Assembly: GCA_918797485.1 (NCBI GenBank)
Contig: CAKKNE010000002.1
Coordinates: 496,001 to 560,000, forward strand
Source of the DNA: Pelagomonas calceolata
Lineage: Eukaryota
DNA: 64,000 bases
Direction of reading: 5' to 3'
Shown: piece by piece, positions 50,390 through 60,928 of the stretch
How positions within the stretch are numbered: position 1 is the stretch's first letter
Layout: each line of letters begins with the position of its first letter
Program-made: the position numbers and the translations under genes
The notes under the pieces: generated by a model
Seen by the model: the letters and a program-made list of their open reading frames with translations, nothing else
What the model was told of the DNA's origin: nothing
Databases searched by the model: none

Positions 50390-52738
50390 TCAGGCAGCCA
50401 CGAGCACCGGCAGCCCCTGGGGGCGCTTCGCGTTTCCCAGGCACGCCACGTGCTGCCGCGGCCAGGGGTCCGGGTCGCCGACGACGTACTCCTGCCGTAG
50501 TATTGCGAGCGCCGCGGCGAACGCGACGGCCACGTCGCCGCCCGGCCACTCGCCGACGTGATTATAAAACGCGCGCGCGAAGCACCGCGCGCAGGCGTCG
50601 TGGACGCGGCCCTGCCAGCATATGACCTTCAGCCCGGGGAGCTTGTTCGCGACGTAGCGCGCCAAATCTACGGACGCGCACGCGTTCAGAAATAACAGCT
50701 CGAGGCCGTCGCCGCAGCTCCCGAGCACGTCGACGACCTCCTCGCGCTCCGGCAACGCGGCACCGCCGTCCGTGCGGTGGAAGAGCAACGTATCGCCGCC
50801 GTCGTGCCACCACGTGTCCTTGCGCACGCCGTGCGAGGACACGTGGAAGATGCGCGGGCTGAGGCCCCTTTCCACCGCTTGCAGCACGTCGCCGGGCCAG
50901 CGCGCCGCCGGCACGATCTCCCGCTCCTGCGGCGGCACGGCTTCGATGAGGCCCTTCATCTCCCTCATCAAATCGAGCTGGGCCGACGGCGGCAGGGGCA
51001 CGGAGCGCTGCCGCATAGTGATAGACTCCGGCAGGCAGAAGCAGGCCAGGACCTCAATATCATCATCGTCGTCGGCGGCGCCCAGGCGGCGGAGCGCGTG
51101 CCGCGCCGTCTCGAAGTCGCCGCGCACCGTCGGCGTCGCCAGCGTCGCCAGCTGCGTGCCGGCCGGCGTCGCGTGGGTGTCCGCGACCGCCGCGTCCGAC
51201 GCGATGCGGCGGAGGCCGACCCGCTCGCGCCGCCGCGCGGCGGCCGCGGCCGCGCCGCCGAGGCTGCGCATCGACGACGACCGCCGCGGCGGCGGCGGCG
51301 GCGGCGGCGGCGGCAGAGCGTCGAGCTGCGCCTGGAGCGTCAGCGTCAAATTCGCCAGCCGCGCGGCGTCCGGCGGGCCCTGCGGTGGCGGGAGCCCGCC
51401 GCGCTGCGCCGCCCGCCGCTCGACGGCCTGCAGCCGCTCGAGCCAGGCCGCGTCGCGCCGCGCGAGGTACGCGCGCCGCCGCGACCGGTCCAACGCGCGG
51501 TCGGCGTCGCCCAGCGCCCGGAAGAACGCCGGCGCCTCTTGTGATTCGAGGACGCGTTGTGGGGGCGTCGTGAGCTGCGCGTTGTTCTGGACGATCAGCT
51601 GGCCCTCGAAGGACGCGACGGCCGGCGGCAGCTCGACGAGGTCCGGATTCGACGACAGGTCCAGGACCATGGGTCTCGAAAAGACGGCCGCGTCGACCGT
51701 ATTCAGGCGGTTGTCGCGCAACGACAGGTGCGCGAGCTTCGAAAGCCGCGCGACGCCCGCGGGCACTTCAAACAAATCGTTCTGCGCGAGGTCCAGGCGT
51801 CTCAAACTTTGAGCGAGGAAGTCCACGCTCAATGGTTGGAAGACGTTCTCGGGCCAGCGGTGCAGGCGGTTCCGCGACGCGTCCAAAACTTCGAGGCGGC
51901 CGAGGGCCGCCCACGCGTCCGGCAGGGCCTCCAACCCACAATCCGCGCAGTTTAGTGATTTCAACGTCGCCGCGGCGCGCTCGAGCTGCGCCAGCGCCGC
52001 GCACTTGAGCCGCGCGCACCCGGACACGTCGAGCGCCGTGAGCCGCGCTGATAACAGAGGCGCCGGGATTTTGGATACGGGCGCGCCCCGCAGCGTCGCG
52101 CCGACGTCGCGCCCCGAGAGCGGCAGCTGCGCCGCGACGGCCGCGTCGTCGTGCACTTCGCGGAAGTCGAATTCCGCGCCGAGGCGCCGCGGCGACGCCT
52201 TCGGCGACCGGCAGGCGGCGCCCTCGCGCGGCGTCTCGCCATCCAACCGCTCGCCGCCAAAATTTAAAGCTGCCTCGACGTCCGCGGCGGTCCGCCGCGG
52301 CCGCCGCGGCCGCTCGCGCTTGTCGACGCGGTCCGGTAGTGTGATAGACGGCCGCGCGGGCGCCGGTTTCTTCTTCTTGCCGTTAGTCTTCTTGCCATTG
52401 CTGCTTTTGGTGCGCTGCGGCAGGACACGCGGCGGCGGCGGCGCGGCCGCGGGCCGCGCGGGCCGCGGGCCCCTTCTATCTTGACGCCGCGACCGCTCGA
52501 CGCCCTTGTCGACGACGGCGTCGCGGCCGCGCGCCTGCTGACCGGGCTGGGGCGGCGAGTGCAGGGAGTGGGAGAGCGCGTCCTCGACGCCGATCGAGTC
52601 GATCTCGCGCGAGGACGAGCCGCGGCTGTAGCGCGGCTCGCGCAGCGTGCGCGGCGGGGTCGCCGGCGGCGTGTCCGGCTCGCTGGCGTCGTCGACGTCG
52701 CCCCAGGACACGCGAGGTGAGGGCTGCCAGTCCTCCAT
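50390..52738 (-). CDS. LRR protein with C-terminal CHAT (caspase-HetF)-like domain
   Basis: About 7 LRRs, then IFHVSSHG and LLFLNAC, F..AFY. Confidence 0.78.
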   Translation of the reverse strand: MEDWQPSPRVSWGDVDDASEPDTPPATPPRTLREPRYSRGSSSREIDSIGVEDALSHSLHSPPQPGQQARGRDAVVDKGVERSRRQDRRGPRPARPAAAPPPPRVLPQRTKSSNGKKTNGKKKKPAPARPSITLPDRVDKRERPRRPRRTAADVEAALNFGGERLDGETPREGAACRSPKASPRRLGAEFDFREVHDDAAVAAQLPLSGRDVGATLRGAPVSKIPAPLLSARLTALDVSGCARLKCAALAQLERAAATLKSLNCADCGLEALPDAWAALGRLEVLDASRNRLHRWPENVFQPLSVDFLAQSLRRLDLAQNDLFEVPAGVARLSKLAHLSLRDNRLNTVDAAVFSRPMVLDLSSNPDLVELPPAVASFEGQLIVQNNAQLTTPPQRVLESQEAPAFFRALGDADRALDRSRRRAYLARRDAAWLERLQAVERRAAQRGGLPPPQGPPDAARLANLTLTLQAQLDALPPPPPPPPPRRSSSMRSLGGAAAAAARRRERVGLRRIASDAAVADTHATPAGTQLATLATPTVRGDFETARHALRRLGAADDDDDIEVLACFCLPESITMRQRSVPLPPSAQLDLMREMKGLIEAVPPQEREIVPAARWPGDVLQAVERGLSPRIFHVSSHGVRKDTWWHDGGDTLLFHRTDGGAALPEREEVVDVLGSCGDGLELLFLNACASVDLARYVANKLPGLKVICWQGRVHDACARCFARAFYNHVGEWPGGDVAVAFAAALAILRQEYVVGDPDPWPRQHVACLGNAKRPQGLPVLVAA

Positions 52739-52870
52739 TGTATGTGGCGTTGGCGCAAGCTATTTGTGACACGAGTTCCAAAATGTATGAACGGTGTTGT
52801 CGGGCGCCTCTTCAGTGATTGAAACCGTATGCTGGCAGCAGTACTGCCCCTGCTCTCCCCGACCGTCGAC

Positions 52871-52894
52871 CTAGCGTACAAAGAGACATACTAG
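52871..52894 (+). promoter_or_regulatory. CTAG-bracketed intergenic motif (variant)
   Basis: CTAGCGTACAAAGAGACATACTAG between divergent genes. Confidence 0.5.
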
Positions 52895-53032
52895 CCCCAA
52901 CAACGCGGCCGGCTTGGGCAGCAAGTTTGTGGGCATCCCGAAGGTCCTAGCACCCCCAGAAACGCGTGGGGCAGCGTCGGGCAGCCGCCAACAGCAACCA
53001 ATGGCACGCCTTCGGTGAGAGCCTGCGCAACC

Positions 53033-56000
53033 ATGGGCCTATTCTCGTGTCTGCGTAAAGTCCAGCCCGAGGAGGCGCCAGCAACAAAGGCGAAGCCGTC
53101 GAAGTACGCGGACCTCGCGGCGTGGTCGGACTCCACGTCGAACACGCTCGCGCACGACCCGCGCAAGGTCAACGTCATGGACGTGACGCTCGTCCGCGCC
53201 TCGGGCTTGCTGGCCATGGACCTTAGCCTGTTCTCGAAGAACTCGAGCGACCCACTGGCCATTTTGAGATGTGCGGGCCTCGAGTTCAAGTCCACCACAA
53301 AAAAGCGCACGCTGGCGCCCTACTGGAAGGAGTCGTTCCGTTTCCCGCTGTTGGACTCGACGCGCGACGAGGTGCTGGAGGTCGAGATCGAAGATTACGA
53401 TTTGATCAGCGGCAACGACTTCATGGGCAAGTGCCGCGTGCCCCTCCAGTACCTCCAGCTCTCGGAGACGATGAAGGTGCCCCTCGGCGATAAAAAAACG
53501 GGCGCGAAGGATAAAGAACGAGGTTCCATTGAATTAGAGATCACTTTATCCTATGATGAAAAGTACGACTACTTCCCCGAGGAAAAACCGATGAATGGAG
53601 AGCCAAATTTACTAATGATCGGTGTTACACGAGGCCGCGACCTTTTGCCGATGGATGTTCAACTGAGCTCGGCGTTCCGCGGCTCGACGACTTCTGATCC
53701 AAAATGCTCCATCACCATAGCGAACAAGACGTTCACGACGGAAATGATCGCGAAGACCCTCAACCCCCAGTGGCATGCTCGATTCGAGGTCCAGGTCGAG
53801 GGTCCCTCTCATAAAATCCATCTAAATGTGGAGGACGTCGACGTGCTGTCGGGCAACGATTTCATGGGTCGGTGTGAGATCAATCTCGACGAGTACGCGG
53901 ACGGGAAGCGACATCGACACTGGCACCCTTTGTTGGATAAGAAGGGTCGCAAAGATAAGAATAGAGGTGAGGTGGAAATTGTAGTCAGGTGGGTCCACGA
54001 ACCTAGACTGAGACGCTTCGTCGACGATGACAAGGGGGAGGGCCCGGCGAACGAGTTGTGCGTGTGCGTCGTGCAAGCCATGAATTTACTAGCGATGGAC
54101 GGTTCTGGAATGCTCGGGCTGGGCAAGGCGAAGCTGTCGGACCCCCTGGCCAAGGTAAGACTGGGAGGCGCCAAGGACTGGTCCTGCTCGCCGCACGTCC
54201 CCAAAACACTAAAACCCTTCTGGAACCGCGAGTTCCGATTGCCCATCTCATCAGATGATATAGAGAGGGGCGCGACGACGCTGGACATAGAAGTAGAGGA
54301 CTACGACAAGGGTTCATTGAACGACTTCATGGGCTCCGTGAGCATACCTATCATAATTGAGCGCGGCCCGTCGTCCCGCACGTGGCACGCTCTGACAGGT
54401 CCCAAGGGTGTTGATGGTGGAAGGATAGAGGTCCAGTTGCGATGCGTGCGCAACCCCGCGTTAGTACATTTCGAGGAGGACAACAAAAATGAGTACAAGA
54501 AGAGGAAGCCTAATGAACTGAGAGTAGCAGTCATTGGCGCGCAGAACTTGGTAGATGAGGGTGGGGTTGTACCTACAATAGACCCGCGCTGCGCGGTGCA
54601 TTTGTGGCCCTTCTCGCGCTCGACAAAATCGCGCGCGTCTCGACAACCGACCTGGAACGCGGCCTACACCTTCCGCGTGCCGTCAGCCGATACTTTTGAT
54701 GCGTTCGGGGGCGACTGCGCGGCGTCTGAAGTTCCCACAGCCATGGAGTGCTCCGTGCGGTCCAAGGGGCGCGTCCTCGGGCGCGTGTTGCTAGGGCTGA
54801 AGGAGCTGAAAGATCGGAAAGTACGAAAAGGTTTTTATACGTTAACGGACCAGGAGGAGGACAGTTCCATCACGAAGCCCACCAACAATTCAGCGAAGGA
54901 CGGCCCCTGCGTCGAGGTCTGGGCCCAGTGGCTCTACAACCCCGACGCGGACTTTGATCTGGAGGGGGAGAACGACGACGCGAGTGGCATGCAAGCGCCG
55001 AACTTGCTACGAGTGGCTTTATTATGTGCGACGGGCCTGGAGAAGGACGAGGCCTGCTGCGCAGCCAAAGCTTCAGGACACGTCGCGCGCACGCCAATGC
55101 TGTCGTCAGAGGCCCTCGAGTGGCACGCCGCCTTCGCACTGCCCATCGACACCTCTTCCCAGTTCTTGAGGGTTGCGCTCGAGAGCACGCCGGGCGACGA
55201 GTTCGGCTACTCCACAATTCCACTCACAAACCTCAAGGACGGCAAAGTAAAGAGGGGCTGGCTCGCGGTCAAAAGAATAGCGGCGCCCGGCGCGCTGTCG
55301 CTCGGCGACGTCTTCCTCCAGGCGAAGGCGGCCGCGCCGCGGCCGGCCCCCGCGTGGTCGGCACCGGAAGATGCGGAGCTGACGCGGCTCGTACAAGTGC
55401 ACGACTCCGACTGGAACACGATCGCCGCGGCCATGCCTGGTCGCGATAATAGTGATTGTCGGAAGCGATGGGTCTACACGCTAGATCCTACGACCGCGGC
55501 ACCCGTCGAGGCACCACAGGAGGAGGAGCAGCCCGAGGTCGAGGGCGTCGTCGTCGAGGAAGAAGACGAGTCGGAACCGCCGGCGAGCCCCGACGAGACC
55601 GATCCTTTCACGCCCGACAAGCCCCACTGGTGCCGGTTTAATGTCGAGAAGCGCGACGTCAAGTGGCTCCTCAAGAAACAATGGTCCAAGCTCGCCGCCG
55701 CGCGCGCGCTCCAGCAGGGCGGCCACGGCCGCGTCGAAATCGCCGCGCGCTGGGTCTACGACGCGGCGTTGGACCACTTCCCGGACGACGACGGCGTTGC
55801 GGCGCGGCCGAACTGTTTGAAAGTTGCGGTTATAGGAGGACGGGGCCTCAGCAACGCGAAAAGACGTTCATTGCCGCGCGACACTTATGTATCCATAAAA
55901 ATGGGCCCGGACGTCGCCTTCACTTCATCAATAGAGGCCTTTCCGGCCGAGGACCGGCCGCGCTGGAACTGTGCCGTGACGCTACCCGTCGAGGACGAAG

Positions 56001-59000
56001 CCCCCCTCGAATTAAATGTCTACGCGGCGAAGAAGTTAATAGCGTCGGGCACGTTCACCGTGGATTTGAGTGATAAGGGTAGACATCGGAGATGGTTCGA
56101 CCTGAGTCCGACGTCGCGCTGCGGCAAGGATTTAGCAGATAAGGTCCCGCCGGGCCTAGATCTCATCATGCGGTGGTCCTACGAGCCGTCCTACGACTTT
56201 GGGAAACGGCGGGCCTACCCGGACGAGGACATCGCGCGCGAGCCGAACGAGGTCGGCTTGGCCGTTGTGCAGGTCCGCGAGAAAGTTGAAAACGCAAGGC
56301 CGCCCCTGTGGAGACCCGGGCGCGAGCTGGCGCCGTATTCAGTAAAACTGAAGTGCGGGCCGAAGCTCGAGGCGACGACCAATGAAGTCGCGCCTGTTTA
56401 TGGAGGGGCCGTTTTTGTCGGCGATGCGACGTCGCTCAGAAAGCCGAAGCAAGGCCACGCCAAGGGCACGCCGCTCGAGATAACGGTGGAGCGCCAGGGG
56501 CGCGTCGTCGGCGTCGGTTCCACCAATGTGGACGAGATCTTCTCATCTACCTCAAAAGTGAAGAGGATCCGGATCTGGGTCCCTCTAGGACCACCGAAGC
56601 GCCGGGGCGCCCTCGCCAAACTGAAAGACGTCCCCCAAAAAACGGCTCGAGCGTTGCACGGCGGGCCGTACGGCGCGGAGCTCGAGGTGGAAGTAGCGGC
56701 CTGGGTGTGCTTCAACGCGTCGCGGACGGCTCGATTAGGGAGGTTGGAGCGGGACTTAGGTCACGAGCGATCCAGACCCCTCACCATCTGCTGGTACGAG
56801 GTGGCCAAGGGCGGGTCGGTGGTCGTGGCGCCGGCGGCGCGGTCTTTATTAAGACCGCCGCTCTTCGAGGATGGCAGGGTTGCTGTGGTGGAGGAAGTGA
56901 GGCATAGGGCCGTGGGCGCGGCGGGCGGTCGGAAAAGGCGGGCGCAGCGGCCCCAGGCGATGTATCCCCAAGGAGCGCTACTACGGTCGACGCCGATCGT
57001 GCGCTTCGCCGGTCTTAAGGGAGCGCACGCCTGCGCTGCTTTGTCTGAAGCCGTCGCGCGGCTCGAGGGTTTGGACGCGCCCTTTTCGCTTCGAGTGGAC
57101 CACTGGGCCGGCGAGCTGCGCGGTTCTTATGGCGAGGCCGTGCGGTTCCCGCGCGACCCGCCGGGCCCCGGCCGCCGCCGCCGGCCGCTGCCGCGGCGCG
57201 GCGGCGAGTGGCACGAGCGCTACCGCGCGCGGCTCAACGACGGCTCGCCGGCGCACCTGAACGTCGCCCGGCTCGAGCGCCTCGCGACGGACTACCAGAT
57301 GGTCCGACGGGGCGACATCGCGCGGGAGGTGGCCCTCGTCGCTTCACTATCAACGCGCGACGACATCGTGCAACCGCTTGGGGCCTGGCTCGGCGCCGCG
57401 CGGGGCCCCGGCGTGGCGCTGCCCTTCGAGGACCGCGTCTCGCTGACGGATCATGCGGGAGGCGGCAAGGGCGCCCTGTACGATCAGGACCGCGCGGCGC
57501 TCGTCGCGTCGAGAATCACGACGATCCTGCGGGACGCGGCGGCGGCCGTGGGCCACTGCCATTCCAAAAACGTGCTGCACGGCGGCGTGTCGCACGATTC
57601 GTTTGTGGTGGCCCAGAAGACCCGGGGTCCGGTGCTGCAGCTCACGGGCTTCGAATTGGCATCGCCTTTGATCGTACCTCAGCAGAAGTCCGGCCGGCCA
57701 ATGACCACGCCCCTACCCACGGCGTTGGTGCGGGGCTACGTCCCGGCGTACCGCTCGCCGGAAGTGGAAAAAGCGGTGGCCCAGCTCGCGCAGGCCGCGT
57801 CGAAGAGGCAACTTGATATAAGACGCGTCGAAACGAAGGTGACCGCGGCGGAGGCGGACGTCTGGGCGTTGGGGGTCCTCGCCCTCAACCTCTTCGAGCC
57901 GCGGCGTTTGAGAAGAGCGCAGCAGTGCCCGCCGCCCCCGCCGCCGCCGAAAGGTGACGATACCGAATCGGACGACGACGACGAGGGCCCCTTCTCGCTT
58001 GAAGAAAGAGACCGCGACGAGCCCCTGCCGCGCGACGCGTCGCAAGCCGACATGCGGAGGCGCGACCACTTCGACCCCGCCGGCGAGCGGGCACGTGACT
58101 CATACGAAGCGTACGCGCGCAAAGATCTCAATGGCCCGAAGATGAGTTCTGATGCGGTGCGGACCTGGCTCCGGAAAAGAGTGCAGGCGACGCTCGATGA
58201 GACCCCCGCGGACGCGACGACGACGCACCAAGCTTGTAAGTTGCTCATCGAGACGCGGACGTCCGCGCGCTTAGATGGGAGAACTCTGTTGAGACATGCC
58301 TCGGATCCAGCTAGAATCCTGAGCTTCCTGGGCTTAGCAAGAGGCGAGCGGAGCGACACATCCGCCTCCCAGTCCCAGAACACGTCGCCCTACACGAGCA
58401 AGGCCCCGTCGTCCCACTCGCCCGAGCGCACGTCGTCGCCCGCCTCGTCCACGGGAACGCGCGCGTCCAAGACCTTCCCTGAGGGGTCAAGAAGTGTCGA
58501 CTCGCCGAAGTTCCTCACGCCGCCCAAGACGCCCGCGAGCGAGGAGGACGACTTCGGGACGTTCGAGACGCCGGGCGGCGACTTTGGAAGTAGGGCGGCG
58601 TCGGCGGGCGCGGCGTCGTCGCGCGCTTTGGTGCGGTCGGCGTCGAAGCTGGCCAGCGTGCAGGAGCGGCAAGGTAGGGAGAACCTGGGCGCGGCGGCGC
58701 TCGTGTGTCGACTGGTGGACGAAGCGTTTGAGAGGTACCCGATGCCCAAGGCCCTGCGCACGGCTGTGGAGCGTTGCTTGGACAAGGACGTGTCCGCGAG
58801 GCCGCGCGACGGTACGAAGGCCAAAGTGCTCTTCGCGGCCGCGGTGGACGAGGCCGAACAGAACGACGACGCGTCCTCCAAAAGGTCCCTGAAGGGGTTA
58901 CTCCGAAAGGGGGGTTCTAGCGTCTTCTTCACGCAGCTCTCCGGAAATGAACCCGAGGCGACGGACGTTCCGAAGGGGCCGCCGACGAAGCTGAGGGTCA

Positions 59001-60928
59001 TGCTTTCAAAAGCACGCGATCTGCCGGCCGTGGACAAGTCGCGCTTCTCGCGGGCGTCGTCGGACCCCGTGTGTCGATTGGGCATCGTGGGCAGCGGCGG
59101 GCGCAAAATACCAAAAAAGAAGGGCCACACGTCGTCGATCAAATTCAAAAACCTGAACCCGACGTGGGAGGAGACCTTTGACCTGCCGGCGCACGACGCC
59201 GTCGACGGGGCCGAGCTTTTGGTGGTGGTCGAGGACTACGACAAGGTCGGCAGCAACGACTTCATGGGCCTCGTGAGCCTGCCGCTGCAGGATATCGGGA
59301 GAGGTGGGTTGGAGGCGTCCTCAGATTGGGTTACACAATGGTACGATTTGGTCGACGCCAAGGGTCGAGCGGACAAGCCGCGGGGCGCCGTAGAACTCAA
59401 ATACATGTGGGTCGCGGGGCAGCCCGTTCCCGGGTCATCTACCGTAGGTTCGACGGTCACCAAGAAATCTTTGGAGCCAGTCACGAAGCCGGCGCGTGCG
59501 AAGCTGTGCGTCGAGGTCGCGCTCGGGCTCGCGGCCGCCGGCGAGGCGGAGCGCGCCCAGCCCTTCCTCGACGAGGCCTTGGACGCCGTGGCGCGCGCGG
59601 CCGCGATCGCGCCGCCGTCGCCCGCGAAGCGGCCCTCGCGCGAGTCGGAGATCGCGGCGGCGCTCGCGCTCGAGGCCGCGGGCCGGCGCTGCGACGACGA
59701 GGCCGCGGTGCGCTTTGTGGCGGCTTCGGTCGCCAAGGCCGGCGGGCTTGAGAAGGATTGCTTCGCGGCGCTGCGCCAGGCGGCCGCGGCGCGGGAGCGG
59801 CGCTACCACGAGGGCCACCCGCTCGTGGCGGCGGCGCGGTGCGCCGTCGCGGCGCAGGCGCGGCGCTGCCTGGCGCCCGGCGAAAGAGACACGCGCGTGG
59901 CCCACGAGCGCGCCGTCGCCTCACTATCAAAGATGCGCGGCGGCAGCGTGAACGACGCGGAGCGCGGCGCCGCGGAGGTCGTCCAGATGGCGCGGCTCGG
60001 CGCCGACGCCGTCCGCGGCGTGGTTCTGAAGTTAGAACTGGAGGCTTTGGCGCAGATCACCGCGAAGCGGACCGAGTTGGAGGCGCAGATCAGCGTGAAG
60101 AACCTCGCGCTGGAGCGGTGGGACGAGTTTGAAGGGACGGGGCCGTGTTTCGCTGATTTCTCTGAACACGGCGTCGAAGAAGAGTTGCTGGAGCGCGCGC
60201 GCCGCGGGTATCACCTTGGGCGCGTGGACCTCGCGGCCCTCGAAGCGGGCGCGGTCGCATGCCGGCGCCACGTCGCTTCCTTAAACGCGACGGTGAAAAT
60301 GATCGACGACGCGCACGGCGCCATGGACGAGGCTAGAAGAGCATTGTGCTCCTGCGACGACGCGGCGGTAAAAGACGTCCTGGCGGCGCTGACGCCCGAC
60401 GACGTCGAGTGCCTCGAGCAGGCCCACGTCGACGCGGTCGAGCGGGCCTTCGAGCGCGGCGAGGACGTGTCGGGCCGCCACTTCCCCGGCGCCGAGGTCG
60501 TGCCGCGCGGCGGGGGCTCGAGCGCCGCGCGTTCGCGGCGGAGCATACAATCGCGGGCCTCGACGCGCGACGAGGAGTCGTTCTCGGGCAGCGAGGCCTA
60601 CACGTCCAGCGGCCCGGACGACGCCGACCCGGTCGCGCCGAGCGAGCGGCTCCACCGCTCCGCGCTGTACCTGGCTTTGAATGTCGACGAGGACCACCTT
60701 TTCGACGCGCGTGTGATGGACTACGTCTCACCGACGCCCGCCCTGGCGGACGAGGTCTCCTTTCCCGTGCTCCCGCCGACGCCGCGGCCGCCGACGCCGC
60801 CGCCGACGCCGCCGCCGCCCGAGGTCACGCCGCGGTATCTGAAGGACGGCCAACACCGGCCACCGAGGCACCTGTCGAATCAGGATCGCGGGACTTTCCC
60901 ACAGCCTCTGATGTTGGGGAGTCCTTAA
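53033..60928 (+). CDS. Giant multi-C2-domain protein with Myb/SANT repeat and pseudokinase domain
   Basis: MGLFSC start, repeated SDP...TL.P.W...EDYD..S.NDFMG, WSAPEDAEL...WNTIA..MPGR....CRKRW, degenerate kinase motifs. Confidence 0.85.
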   Translation: MGLFSCLRKVQPEEAPATKAKPSKYADLAAWSDSTSNTLAHDPRKVNVMDVTLVRASGLLAMDLSLFSKNSSDPLAILRCAGLEFKSTTKKRTLAPYWKESFRFPLLDSTRDEVLEVEIEDYDLISGNDFMGKCRVPLQYLQLSETMKVPLGDKKTGAKDKERGSIELEITLSYDEKYDYFPEEKPMNGEPNLLMIGVTRGRDLLPMDVQLSSAFRGSTTSDPKCSITIANKTFTTEMIAKTLNPQWHARFEVQVEGPSHKIHLNVEDVDVLSGNDFMGRCEINLDEYADGKRHRHWHPLLDKKGRKDKNRGEVEIVVRWVHEPRLRRFVDDDKGEGPANELCVCVVQAMNLLAMDGSGMLGLGKAKLSDPLAKVRLGGAKDWSCSPHVPKTLKPFWNREFRLPISSDDIERGATTLDIEVEDYDKGSLNDFMGSVSIPIIIERGPSSRTWHALTGPKGVDGGRIEVQLRCVRNPALVHFEEDNKNEYKKRKPNELRVAVIGAQNLVDEGGVVPTIDPRCAVHLWPFSRSTKSRASRQPTWNAAYTFRVPSADTFDAFGGDCAASEVPTAMECSVRSKGRVLGRVLLGLKELKDRKVRKGFYTLTDQEEDSSITKPTNNSAKDGPCVEVWAQWLYNPDADFDLEGENDDASGMQAPNLLRVALLCATGLEKDEACCAAKASGHVARTPMLSSEALEWHAAFALPIDTSSQFLRVALESTPGDEFGYSTIPLTNLKDGKVKRGWLAVKRIAAPGALSLGDVFLQAKAAAPRPAPAWSAPEDAELTRLVQVHDSDWNTIAAAMPGRDNSDCRKRWVYTLDPTTAAPVEAPQEEEQPEVEGVVVEEEDESEPPASPDETDPFTPDKPHWCRFNVEKRDVKWLLKKQWSKLAAARALQQGGHGRVEIAARWVYDAALDHFPDDDGVAARPNCLKVAVIGGRGLSNAKRRSLPRDTYVSIKMGPDVAFTSSIEAFPAEDRPRWNCAVTLPVEDEAPLELNVYAAKKLIASGTFTVDLSDKGRHRRWFDLSPTSRCGKDLADKVPPGLDLIMRWSYEPSYDFGKRRAYPDEDIAREPNEVGLAVVQVREKVENARPPLWRPGRELAPYSVKLKCGPKLEATTNEVAPVYGGAVFVGDATSLRKPKQGHAKGTPLEITVERQGRVVGVGSTNVDEIFSSTSKVKRIRIWVPLGPPKRRGALAKLKDVPQKTARALHGGPYGAELEVEVAAWVCFNASRTARLGRLERDLGHERSRPLTICWYEVAKGGSVVVAPAARSLLRPPLFEDGRVAVVEEVRHRAVGAAGGRKRRAQRPQAMYPQGALLRSTPIVRFAGLKGAHACAALSEAVARLEGLDAPFSLRVDHWAGELRGSYGEAVRFPRDPPGPGRRRRPLPRRGGEWHERYRARLNDGSPAHLNVARLERLATDYQMVRRGDIAREVALVASLSTRDDIVQPLGAWLGAARGPGVALPFEDRVSLTDHAGGGKGALYDQDRAALVASRITTILRDAAAAVGHCHSKNVLHGGVSHDSFVVAQKTRGPVLQLTGFELASPLIVPQQKSGRPMTTPLPTALVRGYVPAYRSPEVEKAVAQLAQAASKRQLDIRRVETKVTAAEADVWALGVLALNLFEPRRLRRAQQCPPPPPPPKGDDTESDDDDEGPFSLEERDRDEPLPRDASQADMRRRDHFDPAGERARDSYEAYARKDLNGPKMSSDAVRTWLRKRVQATLDETPADATTTHQACKLLIETRTSARLDGRTLLRHASDPARILSFLGLARGERSDTSASQSQNTSPYTSKAPSSHSPERTSSPASSTGTRASKTFPEGSRSVDSPKFLTPPKTPASEEDDFGTFETPGGDFGSRAASAGAASSRALVRSASKLASVQERQGRENLGAAALVCRLVDEAFERYPMPKALRTAVERCLDKDVSARPRDGTKAKVLFAAAVDEAEQNDDASSKRSLKGLLRKGGSSVFFTQLSGNEPEATDVPKGPPTKLRVMLSKARDLPAVDKSRFSRASSDPVCRLGIVGSGGRKIPKKKGHTSSIKFKNLNPTWEETFDLPAHDAVDGAELLVVVEDYDKVGSNDFMGLVSLPLQDIGRGGLEASSDWVTQWYDLVDAKGRADKPRGAVELKYMWVAGQPVPGSSTVGSTVTKKSLEPVTKPARAKLCVEVALGLAAAGEAERAQPFLDEALDAVARAAAIAPPSPAKRPSRESEIAAALALEAAGRRCDDEAAVRFVAASVAKAGGLEKDCFAALRQAAAARERRYHEGHPLVAAARCAVAAQARRCLAPGERDTRVAHERAVASLSKMRGGSVNDAERGAAEVVQMARLGADAVRGVVLKLELEALAQITAKRTELEAQISVKNLALERWDEFEGTGPCFADFSEHGVEEELLERARRGYHLGRVDLAALEAGAVACRRHVASLNATVKMIDDAHGAMDEARRALCSCDDAAVKDVLAALTPDDVECLEQAHVDAVERAFERGEDVSGRHFPGAEVVPRGGGSSAARSRRSIQSRASTRDEESFSGSEAYTSSGPDDADPVAPSERLHRSALYLALNVDEDHLFDARVMDYVSPTPALADEVSFPVLPPTPRPPTPPPTPPPPEVTPRYLKDGQHRPPRHLSNQDRGTFPQPLMLGSP

